Notes: generated by a model not told the origin, from the letters alone. A stretch of 64,000 bases of DNA from Anaerolineales bacterium (GCA_026129335.1 JAHCIH010000001.1:13441-77440); one strand, 5' to 3'; positions 45,923 through 56,903 are shown, counted from the first letter of the stretch. Translations and numbers: made by a program.

Positions 45923-46699
45923 ATGAGCGACGAGACAATTTTGCGAGAATTGAAGGACGGCGTGCTGGCCCTCACGTTGAACAAACCCAAGGCCAATGCC
46001 TTCGACTCAGCCATGGTGGCCCTTCTGCAAGGGCACTTCAAAGACGCGGCGCGGGACGCCGCGGTGCGCTGCGTGCTGCTCAAGGCAACCGGCAAGTTGT
46101 TCAGCGCCGGACAGGATGTGACCGAGTTCGGCGGCGGGGGGCACCGCTCGTTCCGCCAGCATCTGCAAAAGAACTACAACCCACTGGTGCTGCAAATGCG
46201 CCAGTTGGAGAAACCCATCCTGGCCGCCATCCAGGGGCCGACCGCCGGCGCCTCGCTGGGCATCGCCCTGGCCTGTGACCTGCGCATCGGCTCGCCGGCG
46301 GCGCGCTTCGTAGTCGGCTTCGGCGGCATCGGCCTGGCGCCCGATTCGGCGGTCTCGCTGATGCTGCCGGCCATCATTGGCCTGGGCCGCGCCGCCCAGG
46401 CGACCTTCTTCAATGAACCGATCGACGCCGAACAGGCGCTGGCCTGGGGTCTGCTGAATGCGGTGGTACCAGAAGAAGAGTTGGAAGCCACCGCTTGGGA
46501 CTGGGCGAGCCGGCTGGCCAAAGGGCCGGTGGGCGCCATGGGCTACGCCAAGCGAGATTTCAACCATGCCAACCTGGCCAACCTGGAAGAGGTGTTGGAC
46601 TATGAGGCCCACACACAAGAGATCGCCGGCCAAGGCGCCGACCATCAGGAGGGCTTAGCTGCCTTCCTGGAGAAGCGCGAGCCCAAATACATGAACTAA
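45923..46699 (+). CDS. Enoyl-CoA hydratase/isomerase family protein
   Basis: ORF trimmed to ATG 45923. FSAGQDVTEF and GPTAGASLGIALACD crotonase motifs. Confidence 0.9.
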   Translation: MSDETILRELKDGVLALTLNKPKANAFDSAMVALLQGHFKDAARDAAVRCVLLKATGKLFSAGQDVTEFGGGGHRSFRQHLQKNYNPLVLQMRQLEKPILAAIQGPTAGASLGIALACDLRIGSPAARFVVGFGGIGLAPDSAVSLMLPAIIGLGRAAQATFFNEPIDAEQALAWGLLNAVVPEEELEATAWDWASRLAKGPVGAMGYAKRDFNHANLANLEEVLDYEAHTQEIAGQGADHQEGLAAFLEKREPKYMN

Positions 46700-46726
46700 A
46701 AAAGCGGCCCACGGGGCCGCTTTTTA
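46698..46726. terminator. Bidirectional intrinsic terminator
   Basis: AAAAAAGCGGCCC-acg-GGGCCGCTTTTT between convergent genes. Overlaps both stop codons. Confidence 0.8.
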
Positions 46727-47512
46727 GTGCGAAAGCAGCTTCAACGCCGCCAGGCCACCAAAGACCAAAAGCACCAACCCCGCGGCGAGCCAAGTGTAGT
46801 TGAGCGGAGTCTGGTTGGAAAGGTAATAACCCTGGTTGTCCTGCTTCACTTCGTATACCGGCGCGGCCAAGCCAGCGAACAACACACCACCCAGCAACCC
46901 GCCCAGGTGGCCCCAGCCATCAATTCCCGGGCTGAGACTGATTAGAAGGTTGATCAAGGCGATGTTGAGGATATTGCGCAGCACCGCCTGGCCCTGTGCG
47001 CCAAAAATCCCCAGGTTGCGATAAATGAAGACGGCATGCGCGCCGAGCATCCCGAAGATGGCCGAGGAGGCGCCCAGCGACGGGTTGTCGTTGAACAGGA
47101 ACGAAAGCACCACCCCGGCGAATCCGGTGAATATGTAGAGCGCCAGGAAAGTGAAGTGACCGTAGTGGTGCTCCACCTCGGGGCCGAGCGCATAGAGCGC
47201 GTACATGTTGAAACCAATGTGCAGCAGGCTAGCGTGCAGCAGCATGGGCGTGAACAGCCGCCACCATTCGCCGGCCAGGATCAGTTCGTTGATTTTCAGG
47301 CCCCAGCATGCCGGCAGGTTGCCGCAGGCCACCCCGCCGGCGACCAGGCTCGGGTCCTGTGTGCCCAACTGCAGAATGAAGACCAGCACGGTGATGCCCA
47401 GCAGCGCATAGGCGACCAGTGGCCGCCCGCCCCGGCGGCTGTGCACTTCGATCTGGGTGGGTTCATTGGATTCGGGGAACTGCGGATCGCTGCCCGGCGC
47501 CGGCTGGCTCAC
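46724..47512 (-). CDS. Rhomboid family intramembrane serine protease
   Basis: HIGFNM, catalytic GASSAIFG, and GHLGGLLGG motifs in TM helices. Confidence 0.85.
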   Translation of the reverse strand: MSQPAPGSDPQFPESNEPTQIEVHSRRGGRPLVAYALLGITVLVFILQLGTQDPSLVAGGVACGNLPACWGLKINELILAGEWWRLFTPMLLHASLLHIGFNMYALYALGPEVEHHYGHFTFLALYIFTGFAGVVLSFLFNDNPSLGASSAIFGMLGAHAVFIYRNLGIFGAQGQAVLRNILNIALINLLISLSPGIDGWGHLGGLLGGVLFAGLAAPVYEVKQDNQGYYLSNQTPLNYTWLAAGLVLLVFGGLAALKLLSH

Positions 47513-48132
47513 AGGTTGACCCGCCGGGGCTGCACGCGATGGTGCTCGGCTTCGATGATCGCCTGGATGGTATCCACCGTTTTGTCCAACTCATCGTCGC
47601 CGTTGACCACGATGTAGTCGAACTCATTGATGCGCTTGAACTCCTGGCGGGCAGTGGCGATGCGCAGCTTGAGGTCTTCGGCGGTTTCCGTCTTGCGGCT
47701 TTCCAAGCGCTGCACCAGTTCTTCTTCGCTGGAGGTGGTCAGGAAGATGAGGATGGCTTCCGGCGAGATCTTGCGTACAGTGGCGGCTCCTTGAACGTCC
47801 ACGCGCATCACCACATCCTGCCCGCTTTCCAGCGCTTTGCGCACCTGCACTTTAGGGATGCCCTTATAGTCCCCGTAGACCAGGGCGTATTCCAGCAGCT
47901 CGTTCTGGTCGATCATGCTGGCAAATTCTTCGCGGCTGACGAAGATGTAATCCACCCCGGCGCGCTCCTCGGGGCGCTGTGGCCGTGTAGTGGCAGTGAC
48001 CACGAAGTGGAACGGCAGGCCGCGCTCCTTCATGCGCTGGAGCACGCTGTCTTTGCCCACGCCAGAGGGGCCGGAAATGATGATCAACAGGGGCGCTTTG
48101 GGCGGCCCGAATTCGGGGTTGTGCTCGGCCAT
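47509..48132 (-). CDS. gmk: Guanylate kinase
   Basis: P-loop GPSGVGKDS, TTRPQRPEE..GVDY. Confidence 0.95.
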   Translation of the reverse strand: MAEHNPEFGPPKAPLLIIISGPSGVGKDSVLQRMKERGLPFHFVVTATTRPQRPEERAGVDYIFVSREEFASMIDQNELLEYALVYGDYKGIPKVQVRKALESGQDVVMRVDVQGAATVRKISPEAILIFLTTSSEEELVQRLESRKTETAEDLKLRIATARQEFKRINEFDYIVVNGDDELDKTVDTIQAIIEAEHHRVQPRRVNL

Positions 48133-48179
48133 GTGCTGACCCCATTATAAAGGCCGCGGGCCGCAGCCGCCCAGGCTGG

Positions 48180-48800
48180 CTAGCCCGCCTGTGGCAGCCG
48201 CGCCAGCACCGCTTGCTGCAGGGCTGCCGCCACCGCCTCCGGCGGCTGGGCGGCGTCCACCACTGCCCAGCGATCCGGCTCGGCGGCGATGAGTTCCAGG
48301 TAGCCGGCGCGCACCCGGCGGTGGAAATCCAGCGCGTAGTCGTCCAGCCGGTTCCAGTCGCCGTCCTTGTCGCGGCGTTTGAGGCCGGCTTCCACGTCGA
48401 TGTCCAGGAATAAGGTCAGGTTGGGCTGCAGGCCGCCGGTGGCGAAGCGAACGATCTCGCGCAGCTGGGCCAGGTCCATCCTGTGGCCGTAGCCCTGGTA
48501 GGCCAGCGTGCTGTCCGCATAGCGGTCGCAGAGCACGATCTGTCCATCCGCCAGAGCCGGGCGGATGACGGTTTCCACCAATTGGGCGCGCGAGGCCTGG
48601 AAGAGCAGGATTTCACTGCGCGGGTGCATTTCCTTGTTCTTCAGGTCGAAGAGCACCCCGCGGATCTGGTCGCCGATGGGTGTGCCCCCGGGCTCTCGGG
48701 TGGCCAGCACCCGGTGGCCCTGGGCGCGCAGGAAATCGGCCAGGCCGGGCAGCTGCGTGGTCTTGCCGCTGCCCTCCGGCCCTTCCAGGGTGATGAACAT
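48180..48800 (-). CDS. tmk: Thymidylate kinase
   Basis: MFITLEGPEGSGKTTQ, DRY motif (CDRYADS). Confidence 0.95.
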   Translation of the reverse strand: MFITLEGPEGSGKTTQLPGLADFLRAQGHRVLATREPGGTPIGDQIRGVLFDLKNKEMHPRSEILLFQASRAQLVETVIRPALADGQIVLCDRYADSTLAYQGYGHRMDLAQLREIVRFATGGLQPNLTLFLDIDVEAGLKRRDKDGDWNRLDDYALDFHRRVRAGYLELIAAEPDRWAVVDAAQPPEAVAAALQQAVLARLPQAG

Positions 48801-48835
48801 GTGGGAAGTGTACCGCGCGAAACGCAGGAGCCTGC

Positions 48836-50707
<1,872 letters not shown>

Positions 50708-50752
50708 TTAGTTCGCCTCCGCGCGAATAAGGTTTTGGGTTTGTTTTTGCAT
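50708..50752 (-). CDS. Candidate 14-codon leader ORF (MQKQTQNLIRAEAN)
   Basis: ATG 50752 preceded by GAGGAGGAG (50758-50766) at 5-nt spacing. Its TAA stop is immediately followed by the ABC exporter ATG. Sequence confirmed through the overlapping ORF-track translation. Confidence 0.25.
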   Translation of the reverse strand: MQKQTQNLIRAEAN

Positions 50753-50817
50753 CAATACTCCTCCTCTTTTTGGTTGTGGATTCTGTAGAACGATTAAACT
50801 CGGCCCTCCGCCACAGC

Positions 50818-51165
50818 TCACTCCAATCCCCAGGAGCGTTTGCGCTGCGGTTTGAGGCGCAGGTATTCTTTCTCGCCGGCGTAACCGTTGCGGTGGACAA
50901 AGTCTACCGTGGCGTGGATTTTTATTCCGCGCGGCCGCCAGGGCCGCACACTGGCCAGGTCGTCGATGACCAGCGAGGCGAAAGGGTTGGCTTTGGTATT
51001 GCGATACTTCAGCGTGCGCTGGTTGGCATAGCCGCTCACGTAAAAGTATTCGCCGTCAAAGTCGAAGCCGACAGCGGCCACGTCCGGCCGGCCATCTTCG
51101 GAAGCGGTTCCAATGCGGGCCAGCTTTTGTGAGCGGATATAGGCGACTTCATCTTGTGTGAACAT
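50818..51165 (-). CDS. Pyridoxamine 5'-phosphate oxidase (PPOX)-family split-barrel protein
   Basis: LARIGTASEDGRPDVAAVGFDFDGEYFYV pattern of small PPOX-class flavin/F420 proteins. Confidence 0.7.
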   Translation of the reverse strand: MFTQDEVAYIRSQKLARIGTASEDGRPDVAAVGFDFDGEYFYVSGYANQRTLKYRNTKANPFASLVIDDLASVRPWRPRGIKIHATVDFVHRNGYAGEKEYLRLKPQRKRSWGLE

Positions 51166-51177
51166 AAGCCGGCTCCC

Positions 51178-51819
51178 TTATAGAGTGATCAGCCCCAACC
51201 GCGCGCCGCGCCGTAGCGCTTCGGTACGATTGGTCACGCCCAACTTGGCATAGATGGACGAGACGTGGAACTTGGCGGTGTGTTCGCTGATGCCCAGCTC
51301 CAGGGCGATCTGCTTGTTGGGCAGCCCCTCGGCGAGCAGCTGCAGCACCTGGCTTTCGCGCTCGCTGAGCGCCTCGGCGGGCAGGGCGTCCTCGTCCGGC
51401 GAGGCGGGAGCGCCCAGCAGCGGCCCCAGCAGCCCCGGCGCGCCAGCCAGCAGGCCTTCGTGCACTGCGGCCACCGCGGCCAGCAATTCCTCTTCCGCCG
51501 CTTCCGGCGGCAGCAGGCCCCAGGCCCTTACGGGCAGGGCAGCCAGGCTGCGGGCGGCACGCGGCTCCTCGCTGAGCAGCACCAGGCCGGCGGGCGTATC
51601 CAGTTCCTCCAGCCAGGGGCGCAGTTCAGGCAGCGCACCTTCCGCGCCCAGCAGCACGAGCACATCGACCTCGTCCAGCAGGGCCAGCTGTTCGGCCACT
51701 GCCGCTTCGGCGAAGACATCGATGTCTTCGCCGGCGGCGAGCAGGCCGCGCAGACCGCTGCGCAGCGCCGGGGTTGGCGCCAGGATGGCGACGCGGATGG
51801 CGGGCCGGCCCTCAGCCAT
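51178..51819 (-). CDS. LuxR/NarL-type regulator with degenerate (pseudo-)receiver domain
   Basis: C-terminal HTH LSERESQVLQLLAEGLPNKQIALELGISEHTAKFHV. The N-terminal receiver-like fold lacks the acidic pocket (VAILAPTP) and the phospho-acceptor Asp context (DVLVLLGAEG). Confidence 0.8.
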   Translation of the reverse strand: MAEGRPAIRVAILAPTPALRSGLRGLLAAGEDIDVFAEAAVAEQLALLDEVDVLVLLGAEGALPELRPWLEELDTPAGLVLLSEEPRAARSLAALPVRAWGLLPPEAAEEELLAAVAAVHEGLLAGAPGLLGPLLGAPASPDEDALPAEALSERESQVLQLLAEGLPNKQIALELGISEHTAKFHVSSIYAKLGVTNRTEALRRGARLGLITL

Positions 51820-51894
51820 CAGGGGACAGGGCCTCCTGCCCCTGATGGCTGGGGATGTTGGCTGTAGCGGGGAACTGCGGGCCGGCGGGGCGCA

Positions 51895-52887
51895 TTAGCG
51901 CTTGCGCCCCCGGCCGCCCTTCTTGCTGTGTCCGCCGGAGCGGGTGCCGAAACGACGGCCGCCAAAACCGCGGCCGTGGCGACGACGGCGGCCTTCCCAG
52001 ACCTGCTCGCCTACAGTGACGGGCAGGGACTGCGGCTTGCCGCCACGCAGCACGTCCAGCGTGCTTTCCTGGCCGGCGAGGCCATTGAGCTGCAGCATCA
52101 GCTCGTCGTGGTCCTCCACAGGCTGGCCGCCGAGGCCGGTGAGTACGTCGCCCACGATCAGGCCGGCGGTTGCCGCCGGGCTCTCGTCTTCGACGCTCAT
52201 CACCAGCAGGCCGGCCGGCTGCTCGCGCTTGAGCGCCTTGCGCGCTTCGGCGGAGAGCTCCACCAGCTGGCTGCGCACGCCCAGGAAGCCGCGCTTGAAG
52301 CCGCCGTTTTCCTCGATGGAGGCGGCGGTTTCCCAGGCCTGCTCGGCAGGGATGGTGAGGCCGGCGCCCCAGCCCAGGCCGGAGGTGTTGATGCCCAGCA
52401 CGCGGCCTTCCACATCGACCAACGGGCCGCCGGAGAATCCGGGGTACGGGACCGCATCGGTGCGCAGGTAAGCCTGCAGCACGCCGCCGCGGCGCAGCGG
52501 CACCGGGCCGCCGGTCGCGCTGACGATGCCCAGGCTGGCCTGCACGGCCTCGCCAGGGCGGCCGAGCGCCAAGGCCAGCTGGCCCACCTTCGCCTCGGCG
52601 GTCTGCGCCGGCTGGCCGACTTCTTCGGCCAGCTTGAGCACGGCCAGGTCGCTGAACGGGTCGCGGCCGAGCAGTTCGGCCTCCACGTCTTTGCCGTCTG
52701 GCAGCACGACGCGGATCTCGTCCTCCTTCACCACGTGGCTGGCGGTGAGCACGATGCCGGGGCGGATGACCACGCCGCTGGCGGGGATGCGCCGGCGGGC
52801 AGCCACAGTGACCACGGAGGCCCCGGCCGTCTCAACTGCAACGGTCAGGGCATTTGAAAGGGTGTGTAGTTCGGTATTCTTTGACAT
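51895..52887 (-). CDS. HtrA-like S1C serine protease with PDZ domain and Arg/Gly-rich tail, no signal peptide
   Basis: Triad contexts LTASHVV, DLAVLKL, GFSGGPLV. PDZ-like LLVMSVEDESPAATAGLIVGDVL. Tail GRRRRHGRGFGGRRFGTRSGGHSKKGGRGRKR. Confidence 0.85.
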   Translation of the reverse strand: MSKNTELHTLSNALTVAVETAGASVVTVAARRRIPASGVVIRPGIVLTASHVVKEDEIRVVLPDGKDVEAELLGRDPFSDLAVLKLAEEVGQPAQTAEAKVGQLALALGRPGEAVQASLGIVSATGGPVPLRRGGVLQAYLRTDAVPYPGFSGGPLVDVEGRVLGINTSGLGWGAGLTIPAEQAWETAASIEENGGFKRGFLGVRSQLVELSAEARKALKREQPAGLLVMSVEDESPAATAGLIVGDVLTGLGGQPVEDHDELMLQLNGLAGQESTLDVLRGGKPQSLPVTVGEQVWEGRRRRHGRGFGGRRFGTRSGGHSKKGGRGRKR

Positions 52888-53055
52888 AGTCCTCCTTAGA
52901 CTAACTAGTGGGTTTACCAGTAATAGTCTATAGGTTCAGGAGGAAAGACACATCCGCCATATGGGTAGGCGGCCCTTAGACCTTGGAGTAGCTTAGAATA
53001 GTACACGATACGAGGCCGCTTGGCCGCGTCCGGCGTGCGCCGGGAAAGGATTGCG

Positions 53056-53544
53056 ATGACAGACAATACTGTGACGAAGGACACCGTGGTCAAACTGGCT
53101 TACAGCCTGACCGTGGATGGCGAGATCATTGACATGGCTGACGAGAAGGAAGCCATCGAATTCTTGCAGGGCCACCGCAATATCATCTCCGGCCTGGAGA
53201 GCCAACTGAACGGCATGCAGGTCGGTGAGAGCAAGTGGGTCACCGTGGCGCCGGAGGATGGCTACGGCGCAGTGGATGAGGAAGCCTTCGACGAGGTGCC
53301 GTTGAGCGAGTTCCCCGAAGACGTGACCCCCGAGATCGACATGGAGTTGGAGCTCAAGGACGCGGAAGGCAACGATATGTATGGTCGCATCGTTTCGATT
53401 GGCGAGGACAGCGTGACCATGGATTTCAACCACCCGCTGGCGGGCAAGGAACTGCACTTCGAAGTGAAAGTGGTAGCAGTGCGCCCGGCCACCGCGGACG
53501 AAATCGCCCACGGGCACGTGCACTCGCACGGCCACCATCATTAA
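53056..53544 (+). CDS. slyD: FKBP-type peptidyl-prolyl isomerase, SlyD-like
   Basis: ORF trimmed to ATG 53056. FKBP core with IF insertion, NHPLAGKELHFEVKVV, His-rich tail HGHVHSHGHHH. Confidence 0.9.
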   Translation: MTDNTVTKDTVVKLAYSLTVDGEIIDMADEKEAIEFLQGHRNIISGLESQLNGMQVGESKWVTVAPEDGYGAVDEEAFDEVPLSEFPEDVTPEIDMELELKDAEGNDMYGRIVSIGEDSVTMDFNHPLAGKELHFEVKVVAVRPATADEIAHGHVHSHGHHH

Positions 53545-53557
53545 AATCGCGCCCCTT

Positions 53558-53585
53558 AAAAAAGCGAGGCATTGCCTCGCTTTTT
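53558..53585. terminator. Bidirectional intrinsic terminator
   Basis: AAAAAAGCGAGGC-att-GCCTCGCTTTTT between convergent slyD and asnB. Confidence 0.8.
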
Positions 53586-53588
53586 AGT

Positions 53589-55073
53589 TTATAGGCTTCG
53601 ACTACTGCCCATCGAAGGGAAAATCCACTCTTCTTTGAATTCCTCCCGCAGCAGGCGCAAATAGTACAGGGCTTCTTTGTTGGGTAATGCGTAGTTCCAT
53701 TCATGCAAGAGGTGACCGCGCTCTGCCTCAAAAACCTCGTCCGAGATATGTTGCTCAAACAGATTCACCAAAGCCTCTGATGAACCAGCGCCTTGTGAGA
53801 ATTTTTGTTTGCGCCGGTTAACGATTTCATTGGGCAAGTCATCCTCAAACGCCTGGCGCAACAAGAATTTGGCTTGCTTGTCTTCATGCACCTTCCATTC
53901 AGCGGGTAGCCCCAGGCCTAGAGCTACAGACTCTACATCCAGAAAGGGCACACGCGCTTCCAAGCCGTGAGCCATGGCGATCCGGTCGGCACGCTGCAGG
54001 TTGGTGTTGTGCAGTGCTGCAGTAATATCTACCATCTCTTGCTGTAGCAGGTCGGGGTTTTGATAGTCTCGCAAATAGTCATAACCGGCGTAAATTTCAT
54101 CGGCTCCTTCGCCGGTTAGGATGACTTTGACGTGCTCGGCAGCCATTTCGGCCAGAAAGTAATTCGGGATGGCCGAGCGCACCAACGCCGGGTCAAACGA
54201 TTCGAGGTGATAAAGCACCTCCGGCAGCACGCGCAACATGTCCGCGTTGGAATAAATACGCTGGTGGTGAATGGTATTGAGCTCCGAAGCCATCTGTGCC
54301 GCCGCGGCCAAGTCTGGGCTGCCCGGCATGCCTACGGCGAAAGAGTGCAGAGGCTCATCGCCCTGGTTGGCCAACAGGGCAACGATGCTGCTATCCAATC
54401 CCCCGCTCAGGCTTATTCCCACGGGCACATCGGCCAGTAAGCGTTTTTGGACCGCGCCGCCCAACACCTCCCGAATGGCTTCCGCTGCGCTGGCTTGCGT
54501 TTCAATCTCCAAATGGGCTGGAGCAATTTGATAATATGCCTGCCAGCCTTGCCGGGAGTGATACCAGTGCCCCGCGGGGAATTCACGGATGTGATCGGTT
54601 GCTTCGGCCAGCGCTTTGATTTCTGAAGCGAAGTAAAGCGCGCCATTATGACGGCCGCAATAGAGCGATTTGATGCCCAATGGGTCGCGTGCAATGAACA
54701 ATTCATTTCCATCCAAAATGGCAAAGGCAAACATGCCGTCAAGCAGCTCCACACAGGTGGGGCCAAATTTCTTGTACAAGTGCAGAATGACCTCGGTGTC
54801 GCTAGTGGTCTTTAGCGAGACACCTTGAAGATGTTTGGCGGCTAACTGGCGATAATTGTAGATTTCGCCATTAAAAGTGATCCAGCTTTCACCTGCCTCC
54901 ATCGGCTGGTGTCCCCCATCCACATCCAAAATCGCCAAGCGGGTGTGACCCAGTGTTCCTTTTGGCAGGTTTTTTAGGCCTTGCCCATCTGGACCGCGGT
55001 GGGCAAGTTTTGTGAGCATTCGATTGACTTGGTCTGGGGATTGTTCGCCATATACACCGGCGATTCCACACAT
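53589..55073 (-). CDS. asnB: Asparagine synthase (glutamine-hydrolysing), low GC
   Basis: N-terminal nucleophile MCGIAGVYG, PP-loop SLSGGLDSS, SD AAAGGAGG upstream. GC is visibly lower than in the neighbours. Confidence 0.95.
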   Translation of the reverse strand: MCGIAGVYGEQSPDQVNRMLTKLAHRGPDGQGLKNLPKGTLGHTRLAILDVDGGHQPMEAGESWITFNGEIYNYRQLAAKHLQGVSLKTTSDTEVILHLYKKFGPTCVELLDGMFAFAILDGNELFIARDPLGIKSLYCGRHNGALYFASEIKALAEATDHIREFPAGHWYHSRQGWQAYYQIAPAHLEIETQASAAEAIREVLGGAVQKRLLADVPVGISLSGGLDSSIVALLANQGDEPLHSFAVGMPGSPDLAAAAQMASELNTIHHQRIYSNADMLRVLPEVLYHLESFDPALVRSAIPNYFLAEMAAEHVKVILTGEGADEIYAGYDYLRDYQNPDLLQQEMVDITAALHNTNLQRADRIAMAHGLEARVPFLDVESVALGLGLPAEWKVHEDKQAKFLLRQAFEDDLPNEIVNRRKQKFSQGAGSSEALVNLFEQHISDEVFEAERGHLLHEWNYALPNKEALYYLRLLREEFKEEWIFPSMGSSRSL

Positions 55074-55235
55074 GCTGCGGCCTCCTTTGTCAAAGCCTCT
55101 CGCGCGCAGAACCGCCGTCCAAATTTAGGACAAGCGTATTGCCATCCCAGTAATCTGGGAACTCAAAGAATAAGAGCGCAACCACCTGCGCGGAGACCTT
55201 CGACGTTAAAAAATCAGTTAACGAAGTGTGTAGCT

Positions 55236-55244
55236 ATTATAACA
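55236..55244 (-). promoter_or_regulatory. Extended -10 TGTTATAAT about 160 nt upstream of asnB
   Basis: Minus strand reads ggatTTGTTATAATagc, confirmed via the ORF translation VAIITNP on the plus strand. Lies directly after the upstream gene's stop. Confidence 0.4.
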
Positions 55245-55262
55245 AATCCACCCACGGATGAT

Positions 55263-56903
55263 CTATTCCCGAAAAATCCGCACGCGCCGGTTGGGCTCCT
55301 TGCCATAGGAGTGTGACACCAGGTTGGACTGCTGCGCCAAAGCATGCTGCAAGCGGCGCACATAGGAACTGGCCGGGGCCAGCTCCACCCAGCGCTCGCC
55401 GTTGAGCACGGCGTTGATCGCTTGCTGGGTGGTCTGCATCTGGTCCTCGACGCTGCTGCTCTCTTCCGAGGTGCTGGGCAGGCCGAACAACCCACTGAGG
55501 AAGCGCTCCATTTGGGTGACCGTGTTGGCGCGCAGCACGTACACCGGCGTGCCGCGCTGCTCGGCGTCCACAATGGCCCGTTGGCGTTTGCGGTAGTACG
55601 AGCGCAGCGTGACCAGCACGTCGGCCTCGGCCGGCTCATTGACCGGCACCACCGGCAGGCCCAGGCGCTTGGCGGCGTTGGCCAGCCGGTTGCGCGCCAC
55701 CCCGTAGGGGTAGATGCGCACCGGCTTGAGGTCCGCGCTGGCACGCCGCGGCGGGATCTCCATGGTGAACTCGCTTTGCTCGTCAGATGGGCGGCGGGCG
55801 TAGGCTTGTTCAGCTGCCGGCGTTACCGGCGTTTCGCTGCGCCGCGGGCCGGAGGAGCCGCCGTTGCTGACCCGCCCGGGCTGGCGAGCTGGCGGCATGG
55901 CGGCCTGTATCTGCACTTCGCCGTTCTCGCCGCGGGTGCGCAGCTCCGGCGAGAGCGGGTAGCCGCGCAGCAGCGCGTCCACCGCGGCGGCCACGTCGCG
56001 GTGCACCGCCAGCGTGTTGCGGTGCTGGATTTCCACCAATACGTCAAAGGTCGGCGGCGAACGGCGCTCCAGCACCGTCTTTTGTGTGCCGCGCCGGCGG
56101 GCTTCCTCGTCTGAGAGGGTCACTGATTCGATGCCGCCGACCAGGTCGGACAGCGTCGGGTTGAGCATCAGGTTTTCCAGTGAATTGCCGTGGGCGGTGC
56201 CGATGAGCTGCACACCGCGCTCGGCGATGGTGCGCGCGGCCATGGCTTCCAGCTCGCGGCCGATCTCGTCGATCACGATGACTTCGGGGTTGTGGTTCTC
56301 CACCGCCTCGATCATCACCTCGTGCTGGCGTGAGGGGGTGGCCACCTGCATGCGGCGGGCACGGCCCACCGCGGGGTGCGGCACGTCGCCGTCGCCGCCG
56401 ATTTCGTTGGAGGTATCCACGATGACGACACGCTTACCCTCGGCCAGGAAGCGGGCTGCTTCGCGCAGCAGCGTGGTCTTGCCCACGCCGGGGCGCCCCA
56501 GCAGCAGCAGGCTCTTGCCCTCCTCGATCAGGTCTTTGATGATGTCGAAGGTGCCGAAGATGGCCCGGCCCACGCGCAGGGTCAGACCGACCACGTCGCC
56601 GCGGCGGTTGCGGATGCCGGAGATGCGGTGCAAGGTGCGTTCAATGCCGGCGCGGTTGTCCTCGTCGAAGTCGCCGAGGCGTTCGACCACATGGGCGATG
56701 TCCTCATGGTTGATCTCGCGCTCGGCGACCACGGCTTCCTCGCCGGACATGCGCACGGTGGGCACGCGGCCCAAATCCAGGATGATCTCCAGCAAGTCGG
56801 CGGTGTTGTTGCGCGCCCGGACTGCCTTCTCGATGTCTTTGGGGAGCACGGAAAGCAGGGCGTCCAAATCGTCGGTAATTTCGCGTCGTGTCATTGCGTT
56901 CAC
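55263..56903 (-). CDS. AAA ATPase with C-terminal R3H domain (Ycf45/SpoIIIAA-like)
   Basis: Walker A GRPGVGKTTLLRE, Walker B VIVIDEIG, R3H-type end SHSYGKEPNRRVRIF. Alternative ATG at 56894. Confidence 0.8.
   Translation of the reverse strand: MNAMTRREITDDLDALLSVLPKDIEKAVRARNNTADLLEIILDLGRVPTVRMSGEEAVVAEREINHEDIAHVVERLGDFDEDNRAGIERTLHRISGIRNRRGDVVGLTLRVGRAIFGTFDIIKDLIEEGKSLLLLGRPGVGKTTLLREAARFLAEGKRVVIVDTSNEIGGDGDVPHPAVGRARRMQVATPSRQHEVMIEAVENHNPEVIVIDEIGRELEAMAARTIAERGVQLIGTAHGNSLENLMLNPTLSDLVGGIESVTLSDEEARRRGTQKTVLERRSPPTFDVLVEIQHRNTLAVHRDVAAAVDALLRGYPLSPELRTRGENGEVQIQAAMPPARQPGRVSNGGSSGPRRSETPVTPAAEQAYARRPSDEQSEFTMEIPPRRASADLKPVRIYPYGVARNRLANAAKRLGLPVVPVNEPAEADVLVTLRSYYRKRQRAIVDAEQRGTPVYVLRANTVTQMERFLSGLFGLPSTSEESSSVEDQMQTTQQAINAVLNGERWVELAPASSYVRRLQHALAQQSNLVSHSYGKEPNRRVRIFRE

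Noticed and set aside
52888-53055. Divergent HtrA-like/slyD spacer with TAGACTA...TAGTCTA inverted 7-mers and a TAGAAT hexamer
   Set aside because: The arms are 21 nt apart and short, I could not find a convincing -35/-10 pair, and it does not resemble CIRCE or other heat-shock operators that I know.
55150-55175. T-box-like string AGGTGGTTGCGC in the asnB leader
   Set aside because: It matches only part of the T-box consensus (GGGTGGTACCGCG). It sits near the 5' end of the leader rather than in an antiterminator, and no Stem I or specifier architecture is recognisable.
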